A stretch of DNA of 64,000 nt from Bacteroidota bacterium (GTDB taxonomy: Bacteria; Bacteroidota; Ignavibacteria; UBA10030; UBA8401). Position numbers and translations under genes: made by a program. The notes below the pieces were generated by a model. That model was not told where the DNA came from. It saw only the letters and a program-made list of their open reading frames with translations, and did not search any database. The DNA lies in contig DATJXA010000106.1 of NCBI GenBank assembly GCA_035500675.1, positions 213 to 64,212 on the forward strand, given 5' to 3'. Shown piece after piece: positions 26,632-36,346 of this stretch (position 1 is its first letter; each line of letters opens with the position of its first letter).

Positions 26632-27573
26632 CTATAAGATCCCTCTCGCCTGCAGCCATGCTTTGAAAGCTTGCGGCCATGTCGACTTTGTCCCCGTGCC
26701 TCCGCCGAGGCCAAACCCATGTCCCCCCGATTCGTAAATGTGTAACTCGCATGGAATACCGATTTTTTCGAGGGCAAGAAAATAGGCGATGCTGTTTTGA
26801 ACTGGGACTGTTTTATCATCCGCGGCTTGAACAATAAACGCTGGAGGGGTTTCCTTTGAAACGGATCGATCCGCAGAAAAATATCGCACGGTTTCATTGG
26901 ACGGGGCCGGACCGAGGAGGTTGTCACGCGAACCGCGGTGTGTGATTGTACTGTCCATGGAAATCACAGGATAGACAAGCACCGAAAAATCCGGTCGTGC
27001 ACTGGTCGTGTTGCTGTGTTGATACACCGTATCGGCAAAATGCGTCGAAACCATCGCTGCAAGATGCCCTCCGGCCGAAAAGCCCATGATCCCAATCTTA
27101 TGCGGGTCGATATTCCATTCTTTGGCATGCCGTCGTACAATTCTGATCGCCTCTTGTCCGTCTTGCAATGGCCCGATGCTTTTGTTCACCATGATCGCAT
27201 CGCTCGGCAAGCGGTACGTGAGAACAAACGCTGAGATGCCGATCGTGTTCAGCCACACTGCAACGAGAGTTCCTTCGTGGTCGATCGCAAGCCGCCCATA
27301 GCCGCCTCCCGGACAGATCACGATCGCTACTCCCGTTGCCTTATCTGCTGGAGCCGGGTAAAAATCGAGCGTCGGGTCGGTGACCTTGGTAATGCGAGGC
27401 TTGTTCCCATCAATATAAATTGTCTCTGATTTATATGAAGGGTCCTCGATTGCCCCGGGGATGCTTCCTTCCCACACTCGAATTGTTTTCGGCTGACAAA
27501 ATGATGACGCGCTGAGAATAAGAAGAGTTAAAACTGCCAGCAGGATTTGCCGCTCATATCTGATTGGTTGCAT
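26632..27573 (-). CDS. secreted alpha/beta hydrolase (esterase/lipase-type)
   Basis: Signal peptide, oxyanion-type CPGGGYG and nucleophile elbow GFSAGGH. GGAGA SD upstream. Confidence 0.8.
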   Translation of the reverse strand: MQPIRYERQILLAVLTLLILSASSFCQPKTIRVWEGSIPGAIEDPSYKSETIYIDGNKPRITKVTDPTLDFYPAPADKATGVAIVICPGGGYGRLAIDHEGTLVAVWLNTIGISAFVLTYRLPSDAIMVNKSIGPLQDGQEAIRIVRRHAKEWNIDPHKIGIMGFSAGGHLAAMVSTHFADTVYQHSNTTSARPDFSVLVYPVISMDSTITHRGSRDNLLGPAPSNETVRYFSADRSVSKETPPAFIVQAADDKTVPVQNSIAYFLALEKIGIPCELHIYESGGHGFGLGGGTGTKSTWPQAFKAWLQARGIL

Positions 27574-27655
27574 CGTTGTCTCCGGTTCGACGTGTTGCCA
27601 TTTTTTGCTGAGGACTGAAAGCGATTGTGCATTGACCGCCCAGCGTGCTGTTTCC

Positions 27656-28138
27656 TTACGATCGAATCACAGCTAGTCTATTCTTCGATGTTGTATCTCC
27701 GCCAAGCATCGCAACCACCTTGCGGATATTTCGTTCGAGTGTTTCGGGGTGCTTGGCAAAGTTAAGGTACCGGAGAATTTCTTTTTGTCTCGACGGGGTC
27801 AGTTTCTTCCAGGCGATTGCAGCGGCCTTATTCTTTTTCAAAGAGCCTGCAAGGTCTTTCGGCATCGGCACGACACGCGGCTTTGCATCGACCTTCAACG
27901 CTACGTCGATTCTATCCCCGACATCAACGCCTGCGCTTTTTCTCATCACTCCGTTGATGAATAGGCGATGTTTCCCTCCGCCTATCGGGACCAACGTTGC
28001 AAGGAAGACTTTTCCGTTGAGTGTACCTTTAGCTGGAATATACCCGCGTTTACCGATCGCCTTGCTTATTCGAAGCGGTTGATCGACATACGGGTTTATG
28101 CCGATCTTTTTGATAACGGCAGCGAATCTATAAGTCAT
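27656..28138 (-). CDS. DUF1905 / YdeI-like protein
   Basis: 160 aa. GTLNGKVFLATLVPIGGGKHRLFIN is a DUF1905-type beta-barrel sequence. It is followed by a YdeI-like helical tail, LTPSRQKEILRYLNFAK. Confidence 0.75.
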   Translation of the reverse strand: MTYRFAAVIKKIGINPYVDQPLRISKAIGKRGYIPAKGTLNGKVFLATLVPIGGGKHRLFINGVMRKSAGVDVGDRIDVALKVDAKPRVVPMPKDLAGSLKKNKAAAIAWKKLTPSRQKEILRYLNFAKHPETLERNIRKVVAMLGGDTTSKNRLAVIRS

Positions 28139-28197
28139 GTGGGCGGAAGTTCTTCGTGAAAAAGAGCCGGAATTCTTCTGAGTGATAATGATGAGGT

Positions 28198-28818
28198 CTA
28201 GCTTTCGCTTGCCGGATTCTCTTTTATAAGATAGAGCCGATTATCTTCAACCCGGTACAGGAGCGGAGCGATGAGAATCTTCGGGTATCGGAGACGAAGG
28301 CGTTGAACTTCACTCAGGATAAAATCGATCTCATTGCCGATTTCGAACATCGGAGCGAAATGGAAAAAATGGTCCGCAGCCGCTTGTTTTTCCCAGCCAA
28401 CGTTAACCAGGCCTTGAATAAATTGATCCTTGCGGTCGTTCAAATTCACCATGCCGCATTGCGTGTGTCCGATCAGCGCGATACATCGCACTCCACCGAC
28501 TGCGATCGCGTATGACACTTTGAATTCACTATAGCGCAGGTTGGCTCCTCCCGCGCGGATAATGAATGAAAAATTATCCGGGATGTGGAGATGTTTTCGA
28601 TGGTCCATGCACATGCCGATGAGCATTGCGGCATTGGTGTACGGATCGAAATTCCGGCCGAGGTTGTGGTACTCGAGCAGAAGGCCGATCGGGGTATCTC
28701 GATACTGTGGAAAAATATCTTCCTTGGATGCGATCGTTACTAATCTATTCATTCGATCATCTTTATTCCGTTTGTTCCACAATGTGGGGATGCGTTGCTG
28801 CGTGCACAGCGAACTCAT
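28198..28818 (-). CDS. beta-class carbonic anhydrase-like protein (divergent)
   Basis: Both zinc-ligand motifs are present: CMDHR (CxDxR) and HTQCG (HxxC). The start is uncertain, with an ATG alternative at 28752. Confidence 0.65.
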   Translation of the reverse strand: MSSLCTQQRIPTLWNKRNKDDRMNRLVTIASKEDIFPQYRDTPIGLLLEYHNLGRNFDPYTNAAMLIGMCMDHRKHLHIPDNFSFIIRAGGANLRYSEFKVSYAIAVGGVRCIALIGHTQCGMVNLNDRKDQFIQGLVNVGWEKQAAADHFFHFAPMFEIGNEIDFILSEVQRLRLRYPKILIAPLLYRVEDNRLYLIKENPASES

Positions 28819-29000
28819 TCGACGTTATCAAAGTAAACGTTCTCTTCCGTTTTGTCAACAAGGGGGGTAGTGTTACGGTTTTGATGCCCGCCAAGAACTT
28901 GGGGCATGACGATGCCAGGGTTCGTCATTCCCTCAACGAGGTCGTAGACCGAACGTTTTTATCGGGAATCCGCATACCGGCAGAATTGACTAAAGAGCCG

Positions 29001-30956
29001 CTATTTTTTTTCTCTTCCCATCAAACTGTACTCCCGGGCTTTTTCATTATCTCCCAGCGCGGTATAGCATGAAGCGGCGTTAAAATACCCGCCCTGAAAA
29101 TTCGGGTCGAGCCGGACCGCATCAAGAAAATACGGAAGCGCCTTTGCATATTTCTTCTCATTCGCGAATAGAGCTCCGATGTCATTCTTGATTTTCGGCG
29201 ACTCCGGGGACAGTTTTTCTGCCTCTTTAAGATAGAAGAATCCTTCGTCAAATCGGCCTAATCGAGCGAGAAGAACGCCAAGCGGCGCGAGGATGTCCGG
29301 AGTGGCCGGGCCAGACTGAGCCAGCACTTTATACGCATCGACCGCTTTGTCATAATTTCCCGCCGTTTGTTCCATCCTCGCACAATCGAGCCACATGTGA
29401 TAATTTGTGGAATCGATCGCTACATAGCGTTCATAGCATACTGCGGCTTGTGCGTACTCGCGTCGTTCACGATGGTACTGCGCAAGCTCCGCGTACGCGC
29501 TCAGGCAAGCCTGCGTTCCCCAAAGTTTTCCTTCCTCGAGCGTTTCAAATTGAGCTACAGAGCGAGGCTCATCCGCGTAGAGCCCGACCCAAACCACGGT
29601 TTGAAGCGACATCACAACGGTTAAGATCATGACGACGCGTTGCCGGGTTTCCCTATCCTCGACAATAAACATCCAGAAAGCTACCACGGCCACAGAAACT
29701 CCTGCAATGAACGGAACAGCAACGTTCCAGTCCCTGCTCATCCCAATCGTACAATTCATCAGAACAATTGCGCCGATGGCGCATACGAGAACAAGGAGCA
29801 TGTACCATTCACCGTCGCTCAAACGTTTCTTTGTTTTCATCATCGAAACAACCGCAACAGTAAAAAGAGCAAGCGCTGCAGGAGAGCAAAAAAGAAAAAG
29901 ATTGGAAATGTCCGCCAGATGGTTCATTGAGAACATACCGTATGCTTGCGGTTTTCCAGTCGCGCTAGTCGTGGAAAGAATGCCCGTAGTAGTATCCAAT
30001 AGAACTTGTCGCAAGAGAGCCGGTGAATAGCCGGAGATCATCAGCATAGCAGAAAAAAGGAGGGCGGAGACAATGATGGCCGCGCCTGCCTTCATCGTCT
30101 CCTTGCGCTGCACTCCCACAAAAATGAGATACGCGAGAATGGGAGCAAACACTGCAACGCAGAAATTCAGGGACAAGACAAGTCCGTATGCGATTATGCT
30201 CCAATACAAAGAGATCTTTTCCTGAAGAAAAGCTACACCGAGCAATAAAAAAAGAAAAATCCCCACATATCCCAGCGCATCATTTTCGACAAAACCGAAA
30301 AAGAGAAGACTTGTCCCCGATGCAACAAAGAGAAGAAAAGTTAAAACCCGGTCGGTTCCATCGCCGGCAAAGAGGCCGGCTCCCTTCCATGCAATGAGAG
30401 CAAAACAGAGTCCCGAAAGAACATCCAGCCACAGGTAGGCGTCTTCAAAGGGCGTTGAGCTTTCAAAAAAATTAAAAAGTTGTGAGGTCTGGTAGACAAA
30501 AAACGCGGCCAAAGGCTGTTCGGTAAAACCTGCGGCAGAGAAAATGTCTGAATTGCCCGGAGCTTTAATGCTCTGAAGCCGTCCATACCCATCTCCGAGA
30601 AAGTATGTCGCCGCGTGAAAATGTATAAAGGCAAATCCCAATCCTCCTATTGCGGCGACTCCGAGCAACCAACGCAAGATACCCGAGCTCGCGTTCATGA
30701 AGGCGACTGCCGATCGCATAAGATCGATCAAAAAAAATTGCACCGGCGGGACCAACATAAGCAGCATGAGGAAGGGGACGGCGATTTGAATCTCTATAGA
30801 ATAGAAGGCGAGCACATGAAAGCCCCAATTCCATGCGGTCGGATTGAACGCGGACCACAGGTCTAAAGCGGCAATTGCACCGACGAAAGCCGAGATAAGC
30901 GGAAAAATATTCCTATCTTCGGGCTCGTTAGCTGAGCCTGGGGTGAACTCTGACAT
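29001..30956 (-). CDS. polytopic membrane protein with C-terminal TPR repeats (GT-C/PMT-like architecture)
   Basis: 651 aa. The first ~450 aa are highly hydrophobic, with more than 10 TM helices. The C-terminal ~190 aa hold TPR-type repeats (AQYHRERREYAQAAVCYERYVAIDS..., GNYDKAVDAYKVL..., KKYAKALPYFLDAVRLDP...). Confidence 0.8.
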   Translation of the reverse strand: MSEFTPGSANEPEDRNIFPLISAFVGAIAALDLWSAFNPTAWNWGFHVLAFYSIEIQIAVPFLMLLMLVPPVQFFLIDLMRSAVAFMNASSGILRWLLGVAAIGGLGFAFIHFHAATYFLGDGYGRLQSIKAPGNSDIFSAAGFTEQPLAAFFVYQTSQLFNFFESSTPFEDAYLWLDVLSGLCFALIAWKGAGLFAGDGTDRVLTFLLFVASGTSLLFFGFVENDALGYVGIFLFLLLGVAFLQEKISLYWSIIAYGLVLSLNFCVAVFAPILAYLIFVGVQRKETMKAGAAIIVSALLFSAMLMISGYSPALLRQVLLDTTTGILSTTSATGKPQAYGMFSMNHLADISNLFLFCSPAALALFTVAVVSMMKTKKRLSDGEWYMLLVLVCAIGAIVLMNCTIGMSRDWNVAVPFIAGVSVAVVAFWMFIVEDRETRQRVVMILTVVMSLQTVVWVGLYADEPRSVAQFETLEEGKLWGTQACLSAYAELAQYHRERREYAQAAVCYERYVAIDSTNYHMWLDCARMEQTAGNYDKAVDAYKVLAQSGPATPDILAPLGVLLARLGRFDEGFFYLKEAEKLSPESPKIKNDIGALFANEKKYAKALPYFLDAVRLDPNFQGGYFNAASCYTALGDNEKAREYSLMGREKK

Positions 30957-31126
30957 AAAAACTGCCTTTGAGGAAAAAACAATCGAAGCTTTTTCGGCGA
31001 TGAAAAGCCTATGTGTGATGATTCAAATAAAATCTCAGCGCCGATTTCCCCCGCAATTTTCAGTCAGTGATTGTAACCCCGCTTTATTGGAAACAAGCAA
31101 TGATTTTTTAAGAGGGATTAAAATTC

Positions 31127-31153
31127 ACTGATTACTGGCCATTGATTACTGAA
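31127..31153. repeat. TGATTACTG word repeat overlapping the desaturase stop codon
   Basis: cactgattactggccattgattactga. The stop codon is at 31146-31148. Confidence 0.8.
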
Positions 31154-31898
31154 CCCTTCCGCCTTCTACCGATTTTGAAAATGTGATAACTTTCAGCCAG
31201 CTCAATAATTTAATGAGCGGATAGGTCGGGTCTATTTCGAACAAGCGCACCGCAAAGTTTATGCGGCTTGGAAATTTATGGTGATTATTCTGGAACAATT
31301 CTCCCAACGTGAGGAAGTCAAACGGAAGCGAATTGCGCGACTTGTCGCCGGTATCGCGGAAATTGACATAGCCGTATTTGTGCCCGCACCAGTTCACGAT
31401 GCCGCCGTGGATCGGGCCCATGATAAAATGAAAGGGGAGCAAGATGAAGAACCATGGGCTTGGGGCAAAATAGACATAAAACATCAGGTAGAGACCGACC
31501 CACAGGTAGCGTGTTATCCACTTGTCCGCAATCTTGTCGAACGCTTTCCATTCCGGAATATTTTTGTCGAATCCCTTTTCCGGCTCCACGCGGTGCAGAA
31601 GATAGTCCAGATAAATATCCTTCGTCCGCCACATCATCTTGAACATACTGCGAAAGTAGTGAGGAGAGTGTGGGTCCTTCTCAGTGTCGCTGTACGCATG
31701 ATGCATTCTGTGCATGATCGCATACGCCCGCGGGTTGAGAAAGGATGAGCCTTGAGTCACGAAGGTTGCAACATAGAAAAATCGTTCCCAGAATTTTGAC
31801 ATCGTAAACATCTTGTGCGCCGAGTAGCGATGAAGAAAAAATGTTTGACAGAAGAGGGAGAGAAACCAGTGCGCCAAAAAGAACACAATAATGACCAT
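31146..31898 (-). CDS. membrane fatty-acid (acyl-CoA/acyl-lipid) desaturase
   Basis: Histidine boxes HRYSAH, HRMHHAYSD and NNHHKFP. AAGGAA SD upstream. Confidence 0.85.
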   Translation of the reverse strand: MVIIVFFLAHWFLSLFCQTFFLHRYSAHKMFTMSKFWERFFYVATFVTQGSSFLNPRAYAIMHRMHHAYSDTEKDPHSPHYFRSMFKMMWRTKDIYLDYLLHRVEPEKGFDKNIPEWKAFDKIADKWITRYLWVGLYLMFYVYFAPSPWFFILLPFHFIMGPIHGGIVNWCGHKYGYVNFRDTGDKSRNSLPFDFLTLGELFQNNHHKFPSRINFAVRLFEIDPTYPLIKLLSWLKVITFSKSVEGGRVQ

Positions 31899-31929
31899 GA
31901 GATTCCTTATGAAGATAATTTGCGGGCAC

Positions 31930-31958
31930 CCTTGTCAAGGTTCGTAACCTTGACAAGG
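31930..31958 (-). terminator. hairpin immediately after the 1147-aa gene (terminator-like)
   Basis: Perfect 13-bp stem CCTTGTCAAGGTT / AACCTTGACAAGG with a 3-nt loop, 6 nt after the stop at 31965. No strong U-tract. Confidence 0.45.
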
Positions 31959-31964
31959 ATAACG

Positions 31965-34900
31965 TTATTTCATTTTATCGAGTGCGTCGTAGTATTTACG
32001 GATCAAATCCTGATAATCTTTTGCATACCCTTCTTCGATCGCTTTCAGTAGATCATGGCGCAACTGGTTCTGCACAGAAGCCTCCTGAAGCTCCGCAGGA
32101 CTAGGCCGCACGGGCGTGATGCCGGCGGTGGATGTGCGCCGTTGTTCGTAGTCGCGCTCGCGCATGGACGTTTGCGCATCGAGAAGCCGCGAAAGGATCC
32201 GCTGCTGCTGCTTGATCGTGTTCGGGTTGACGTGATTCTGTTCGAGGTTTGCAACGACTTCTTTCATGTCGTCGGCAATTTTCTGAAGATCCCCCATGAC
32301 TCTATTTCTTTCGGAGCCGCTTTGCGCCTCTTTGTTCAGCTGCTCGAGCGATTTCCTTACCGCTTCTTGCTGTTGTCCCAGTCGGCCCATCTCCTGAATC
32401 TGTTGTTCCGACAATCCTTGTCCTTGTGAAAGCTCCTCCGTTTTTATGTTGATGCTCTGTTGCTCTCCAGCCATGCGGCGAAGTTGCTGCAGCAGCGAGC
32501 CACCTGTGCCGCCCGGAGAGCCTTTCTGCATCGCATCCATCGACGCCTGCGCGATTGACGCCGCTTTGTTCAGTGATGCCATCGCTTTATCTTGCTGGGT
32601 CGCTGCCATTTGCCCGTTCCGTTGCTCGAGGCCTGTCATTGCCTGGTTCATTTTCGCCATCGCCGTACCGACGGCGTGCCCCATCTCCGGCGTTACGATG
32701 AACGACTTTTGACTGAGGTCGACGAGATTTTTTGTCACGTTCCCCATGTCGCCTAGAAGATTCGATTGCTTCTCTGCATTTTCCCGAAACCGCTGAGAGT
32801 TTGGGCTGAGCGTTTGTGCTTGATCCTTGAGGTCTTCTTCTTGCTGCGAAATTTCGAGAATGTCGGACATCGCTTTGCGCATGCCGTTCAGCGCCTCGTT
32901 CATTTGGTTGCTCAGCAACTGTTCCTGCATCTCCGAGAATCGCTGAGCCATCTCATGCATTGCCTTTCCCGCTTGCTGTTGCGATGTGAGCGCTTGCTGC
33001 GGTCTCTGAGAACGAAGCTGTTGTGCGCTTTGTTCGACGGACTGTTCTAGCGAACTGTCGTGCGCCGCCTGTTCGGCTTTCTCCAATTGCTTCATCGGCA
33101 TTTCACCGGGGAACTCTTCCATTTTTTTTCTTAACGCAGCGAGTTGTGCCTGCAGCTCGGCAAGCTGGGCATTGATATCGTCCTGTTTGCGCGCAAGCTC
33201 TTCCCCTTTCTTTTGGTCGGCGGCAGAATTTTCCGACGTTTCTTTTTCAAGCTGTTCTTCCTGCTGTTGCAGATCGTTTGCCCGCTTTACCATTTCGTCC
33301 ATTTTTTGTTCGACCTGGATGCGTTTCAGCAGGTCCATCGTCCGTTCGATGCTTTGACGGAATGCTTTCTCCGAGAACTGCACCTGTTGCATCGCCTGGC
33401 GCATCTGATCGGGCGAAACGCCTTGCATCGCCTGCTGCATCTTCTTCATCGCTTCCTGAAACTCGGGTGAATTGACCTGCTGGAGCAACTGCTGAAGCTC
33501 CATGTATTTTTTCAAAGTTTCGCCGGACAGCACGTTGTTTTTCTCCATATCCTGTGTCATGGCGCCGAGCGATTTGCTTACTTCATCGACTTTCTTTGTC
33601 AGTTCCTCGTACCGTTTGAGCGTCTCCTCCGCCTTTTTCTGCTTTTGCCAGTCGAGCGGTTGACTTGTCTTCATCGCCTGCGAAATGTCCTCAAGATCCT
33701 TCTTGAGATCATTCGCTTCTTCGAGAGATTTGTCCAGCTTTTCAATATTTTCTTCTTCGCCCTTGTCTGCGTCGGCGAAAACTTCATTGAGAGAAGGAAG
33801 TCGGAGAAGATACGACTCGCTCACCCCTTTCTGCGGCCCCGAGACGTTGTCATTGTCAAACACCTCGGCGTGGTATTCGACGACGTCTTCGGGCACCAAC
33901 CCCATCCCCGAAAGATCCCATTGGAAATTGACATCGGCGCTGTTCGTGCTTCGCGCATCGGAGGCGAGGGGGATTGGAACGTACGAGAATTGCTCTTTCG
34001 GTTTTTCGTAACGGGAGTGGATAAGGCGAAAACCTATCTGTAAATTTGTGAAGCCGAAATCGTCATGTATTTTCAGTTGCAGCGGCACAGGCGATCCGCC
34101 GGTGATGTCGATGTTCCTGCCGGGAAATGTAATGGCAACAGTCGGCGCTTCATCGCTTGTCATATCGAGTTTGTATTCAATCGGGTCGACGTTCGTGAAC
34201 CCCTCGCTGTCTTCTAACGCAATATGATAGCGCGATCGGCCGCGAAGAACTTCTTCTCCAAAAAACTCACCGTCTTTGTTGGACAGAACCCTTTCTTTCC
34301 CATCGTCGAAAACAAGGGCTGCCTTGCGCAATGGTTTGCTGACATCGATATGCCAACGCACTAGTGTCCCGGAAAGCGCAGTAACGTCGCCAACATTGTC
34401 GTCGAGCGATTGGGACGGGAGGCGGGAATAAGCCGGAGGGATAAGATGCACTTTCAGAAATCGCACCACGGGCCTGTCGATAACAGTAATCGTATATCCA
34501 TCGCTTCGAATATCATTCGCCTCCGCTCGGTACTCTATCGACTGACGAAGAGCGGGCAGTACGAATCGAAAAAGTCCGGACGAATCTGGGGTAAGTTCAA
34601 ACGATTCCTCGGCGGAGTTTCCTTCTTGCCTGACGAGCAATGATATTTTATTCGGCAGTGAGGCGCGTAGTGAAGATGCCCGGACATTCGGAAGAAGAGC
34701 GATCGTAACGGGAACGGGTTCGCCTTTGACTACTTCAGCATTGCCCGGCTGCACGCGAAATATGAAAGCCGCGGGAGTCTGGAAATCGGTTCTAAAATGC
34801 CCGAGACGGTACGCCGCGAAGGGAAGATTCAATTGTGGAACGACAAAGAGTACAACGGCGCACGCAAGGACTACGGAAAGCGTCTTCTCCGCTTTGCGAA

Positions 34901-35408
34901 CATCCTTGTTTGATATCACTTCAGTAAACTGAAACGATCCCGCTGCTTTCTGCAGGTCGGCAAAGGAAGCGTCGATCAATTCGGGCGAATATTCAGGACG
35001 AAAGCTTCCGGTTTTTTCTCCCTCTCGATTCTGTTCATCAAAAATATCAAGGATATTCCTCAATCGGTCTTTGACCGAAGGAAATTTTTCTCCGACGCGC
35101 TGAGCGAATTCACGTTCGGAAATTCCTTTCAACATTTTTCCCCATTGAAACATTGGCAGAACGATAAAGCGCACTGCAATGCCGACAATGCCAAGCGAGC
35201 CAAGAATGAAGAGGGACGTCCTAAAAGCGATCCCCCCGGCGACAAACTCTTCCATCAGCGAAAACAAACTCACAACGGCGATCCCCAGCATCGTCGTGAG
35301 GACGATTCCATAAAGAACGCGTTCGCGATAGTATTTCATTCTTACTTCCGCAAGACGGCGCTGCATTTCCGCGTAGATCGGAGTGCTATTGAGGTTGGCC
35401 TTTATCAC
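31965..35408 (-). CDS. large membrane-anchored Gln-rich coiled-coil protein (architecture matches what I recall as DUF4175 family)
   Basis: 1147 aa. It has N-terminal TM helices, a ~450-aa beta-rich middle section and a ~550-aa Q/E/K-rich coiled-coil C-terminus. GTG at 35408, with an ATG alternative at 35366. Confidence 0.75.
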   Translation of the reverse strand: MIKANLNSTPIYAEMQRRLAEVRMKYYRERVLYGIVLTTMLGIAVVSLFSLMEEFVAGGIAFRTSLFILGSLGIVGIAVRFIVLPMFQWGKMLKGISEREFAQRVGEKFPSVKDRLRNILDIFDEQNREGEKTGSFRPEYSPELIDASFADLQKAAGSFQFTEVISNKDVRKAEKTLSVVLACAVVLFVVPQLNLPFAAYRLGHFRTDFQTPAAFIFRVQPGNAEVVKGEPVPVTIALLPNVRASSLRASLPNKISLLVRQEGNSAEESFELTPDSSGLFRFVLPALRQSIEYRAEANDIRSDGYTITVIDRPVVRFLKVHLIPPAYSRLPSQSLDDNVGDVTALSGTLVRWHIDVSKPLRKAALVFDDGKERVLSNKDGEFFGEEVLRGRSRYHIALEDSEGFTNVDPIEYKLDMTSDEAPTVAITFPGRNIDITGGSPVPLQLKIHDDFGFTNLQIGFRLIHSRYEKPKEQFSYVPIPLASDARSTNSADVNFQWDLSGMGLVPEDVVEYHAEVFDNDNVSGPQKGVSESYLLRLPSLNEVFADADKGEEENIEKLDKSLEEANDLKKDLEDISQAMKTSQPLDWQKQKKAEETLKRYEELTKKVDEVSKSLGAMTQDMEKNNVLSGETLKKYMELQQLLQQVNSPEFQEAMKKMQQAMQGVSPDQMRQAMQQVQFSEKAFRQSIERTMDLLKRIQVEQKMDEMVKRANDLQQQEEQLEKETSENSAADQKKGEELARKQDDINAQLAELQAQLAALRKKMEEFPGEMPMKQLEKAEQAAHDSSLEQSVEQSAQQLRSQRPQQALTSQQQAGKAMHEMAQRFSEMQEQLLSNQMNEALNGMRKAMSDILEISQQEEDLKDQAQTLSPNSQRFRENAEKQSNLLGDMGNVTKNLVDLSQKSFIVTPEMGHAVGTAMAKMNQAMTGLEQRNGQMAATQQDKAMASLNKAASIAQASMDAMQKGSPGGTGGSLLQQLRRMAGEQQSINIKTEELSQGQGLSEQQIQEMGRLGQQQEAVRKSLEQLNKEAQSGSERNRVMGDLQKIADDMKEVVANLEQNHVNPNTIKQQQRILSRLLDAQTSMRERDYEQRRTSTAGITPVRPSPAELQEASVQNQLRHDLLKAIEEGYAKDYQDLIRKYYDALDKMK

Positions 35409-35435
35409 GGAGGGAATGCCTTGGTAAATTATCAG

Positions 35436-35490
35436 TCAAAAATTCAAAGGGCAAAAAAGCAAAATTACATTGGAAAATTCAAAACAAAAA
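35436..35490. repeat. GCAAAG-word cassette
   Basis: tcaaaaattcaaagggcaaaaaagcaaaattacattggaaaattcaaaac. It shares 12-nt and 11-nt exact matches with the 18.2 kb and 22.3 kb elements. Confidence 0.85.
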
Positions 35491-35539
35491 CAGCCGGCTG
35501 GACAGAATGCGTCTTTCTAAAAAATCTCACTTTACACTT

Positions 35540-36211
35540 CTATTGAGTCAGCGCCCAATAAAGCAAATTCGTGCCGAAACGAAGCGCCTCCTCCCTCTTC
35601 TCTTCCGGATCGTTGTGTACGTCGGGATCATCCCAGCCGTCGCTCGGGTTCGATTCGTATGTGTAATACACAACAAGCCGGCCCTTGTAGAAAATCCCGA
35701 ACCCTTGCGGCGGTTTGCCGTTGTGTTCGTGGGTTTTTGGAACGCCGTTGGGAAAGTCATAAAAGCAGTGGTACAACCCGTAGGAAAACGGGAGTTCGAC
35801 AAGTTCCTCTTCAGGAAAAACTTTTTTCATCTCTCTCCTAAAGGACTTATCCATTCCGTAATCGTCGTCGGCATACAGGAAGCCGCCGTGCTCAAGATAT
35901 GTTCGAAGGCGATTCACCTCATAATCAGAAAAAGAGATGTTGCCGTGTCCCGTCATGAACACAAACGGATACGAGAAAAATTTATCGTCGGAAATTTCCG
36001 TGAATTCGTACGTCGGGTCGGCGTCGATGCCAGCATGTTGCTTGACGAATGCAAGAAGGTTCGGTTCTTCCGTGGGACCGTTATACCAATCCCCTCCTCC
36101 TGAATATTTCAACCGGGCGATGCGGAATTGAGATTCGATACGCTTCGTTTGCGAGAGGGCAACTTTGCACAGCGCACCGATGCACAAAATACAGAGAATA
36201 GCTTTTTTCAT
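35540..36211 (-). CDS. secreted DUF4159-like protein (class I glutamine-amidotransferase-like fold family, from memory)
   Basis: 223 aa with a signal peptide. The motif ARLKYSGGGDWYNGP...FVFMTGHGNISFSDYEVNRLRTYLEHGGFLYADD is what I recall as characteristic of DUF4159. Confidence 0.7.
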   Translation of the reverse strand: MKKAILCILCIGALCKVALSQTKRIESQFRIARLKYSGGGDWYNGPTEEPNLLAFVKQHAGIDADPTYEFTEISDDKFFSYPFVFMTGHGNISFSDYEVNRLRTYLEHGGFLYADDDYGMDKSFRREMKKVFPEEELVELPFSYGLYHCFYDFPNGVPKTHEHNGKPPQGFGIFYKGRLVVYYTYESNPSDGWDDPDVHNDPEEKREEALRFGTNLLYWALTQ

Positions 36212-36223
36212 TAAGAAAATTTA

Positions 36224-36256
36224 GGGAATCAAGAAGGGAGAATCAAGGAGGAATGG
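36224..36256. repeat. GAATCAAG word repeat upstream of the DUF4159-like gene
   Basis: gggaatcaagaagggagaatcaaggaggaatgg. Confidence 0.7.
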
Positions 36257-36284
36257 CCTTATTACACTATCAAATGTATCGCCC

Positions 36285-36321
36285 GAAAAAATCACCCCGT
36301 CCCGCAATTTCACGGGACGGG
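36285..36321 (-). terminator. Rho-independent terminator ending the dcw cluster (after ftsZ)
   Basis: GC-rich 10-bp stem CCCCGTCCCG / CGGGACGGGG (36295-36304 / 36312-36321). On the minus strand it is followed by TGATTTTTTC, 26 nt after the ftsZ stop. Confidence 0.85.
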
Positions 36322-36346
36322 GCATCACATCACTCACTACAACAAG

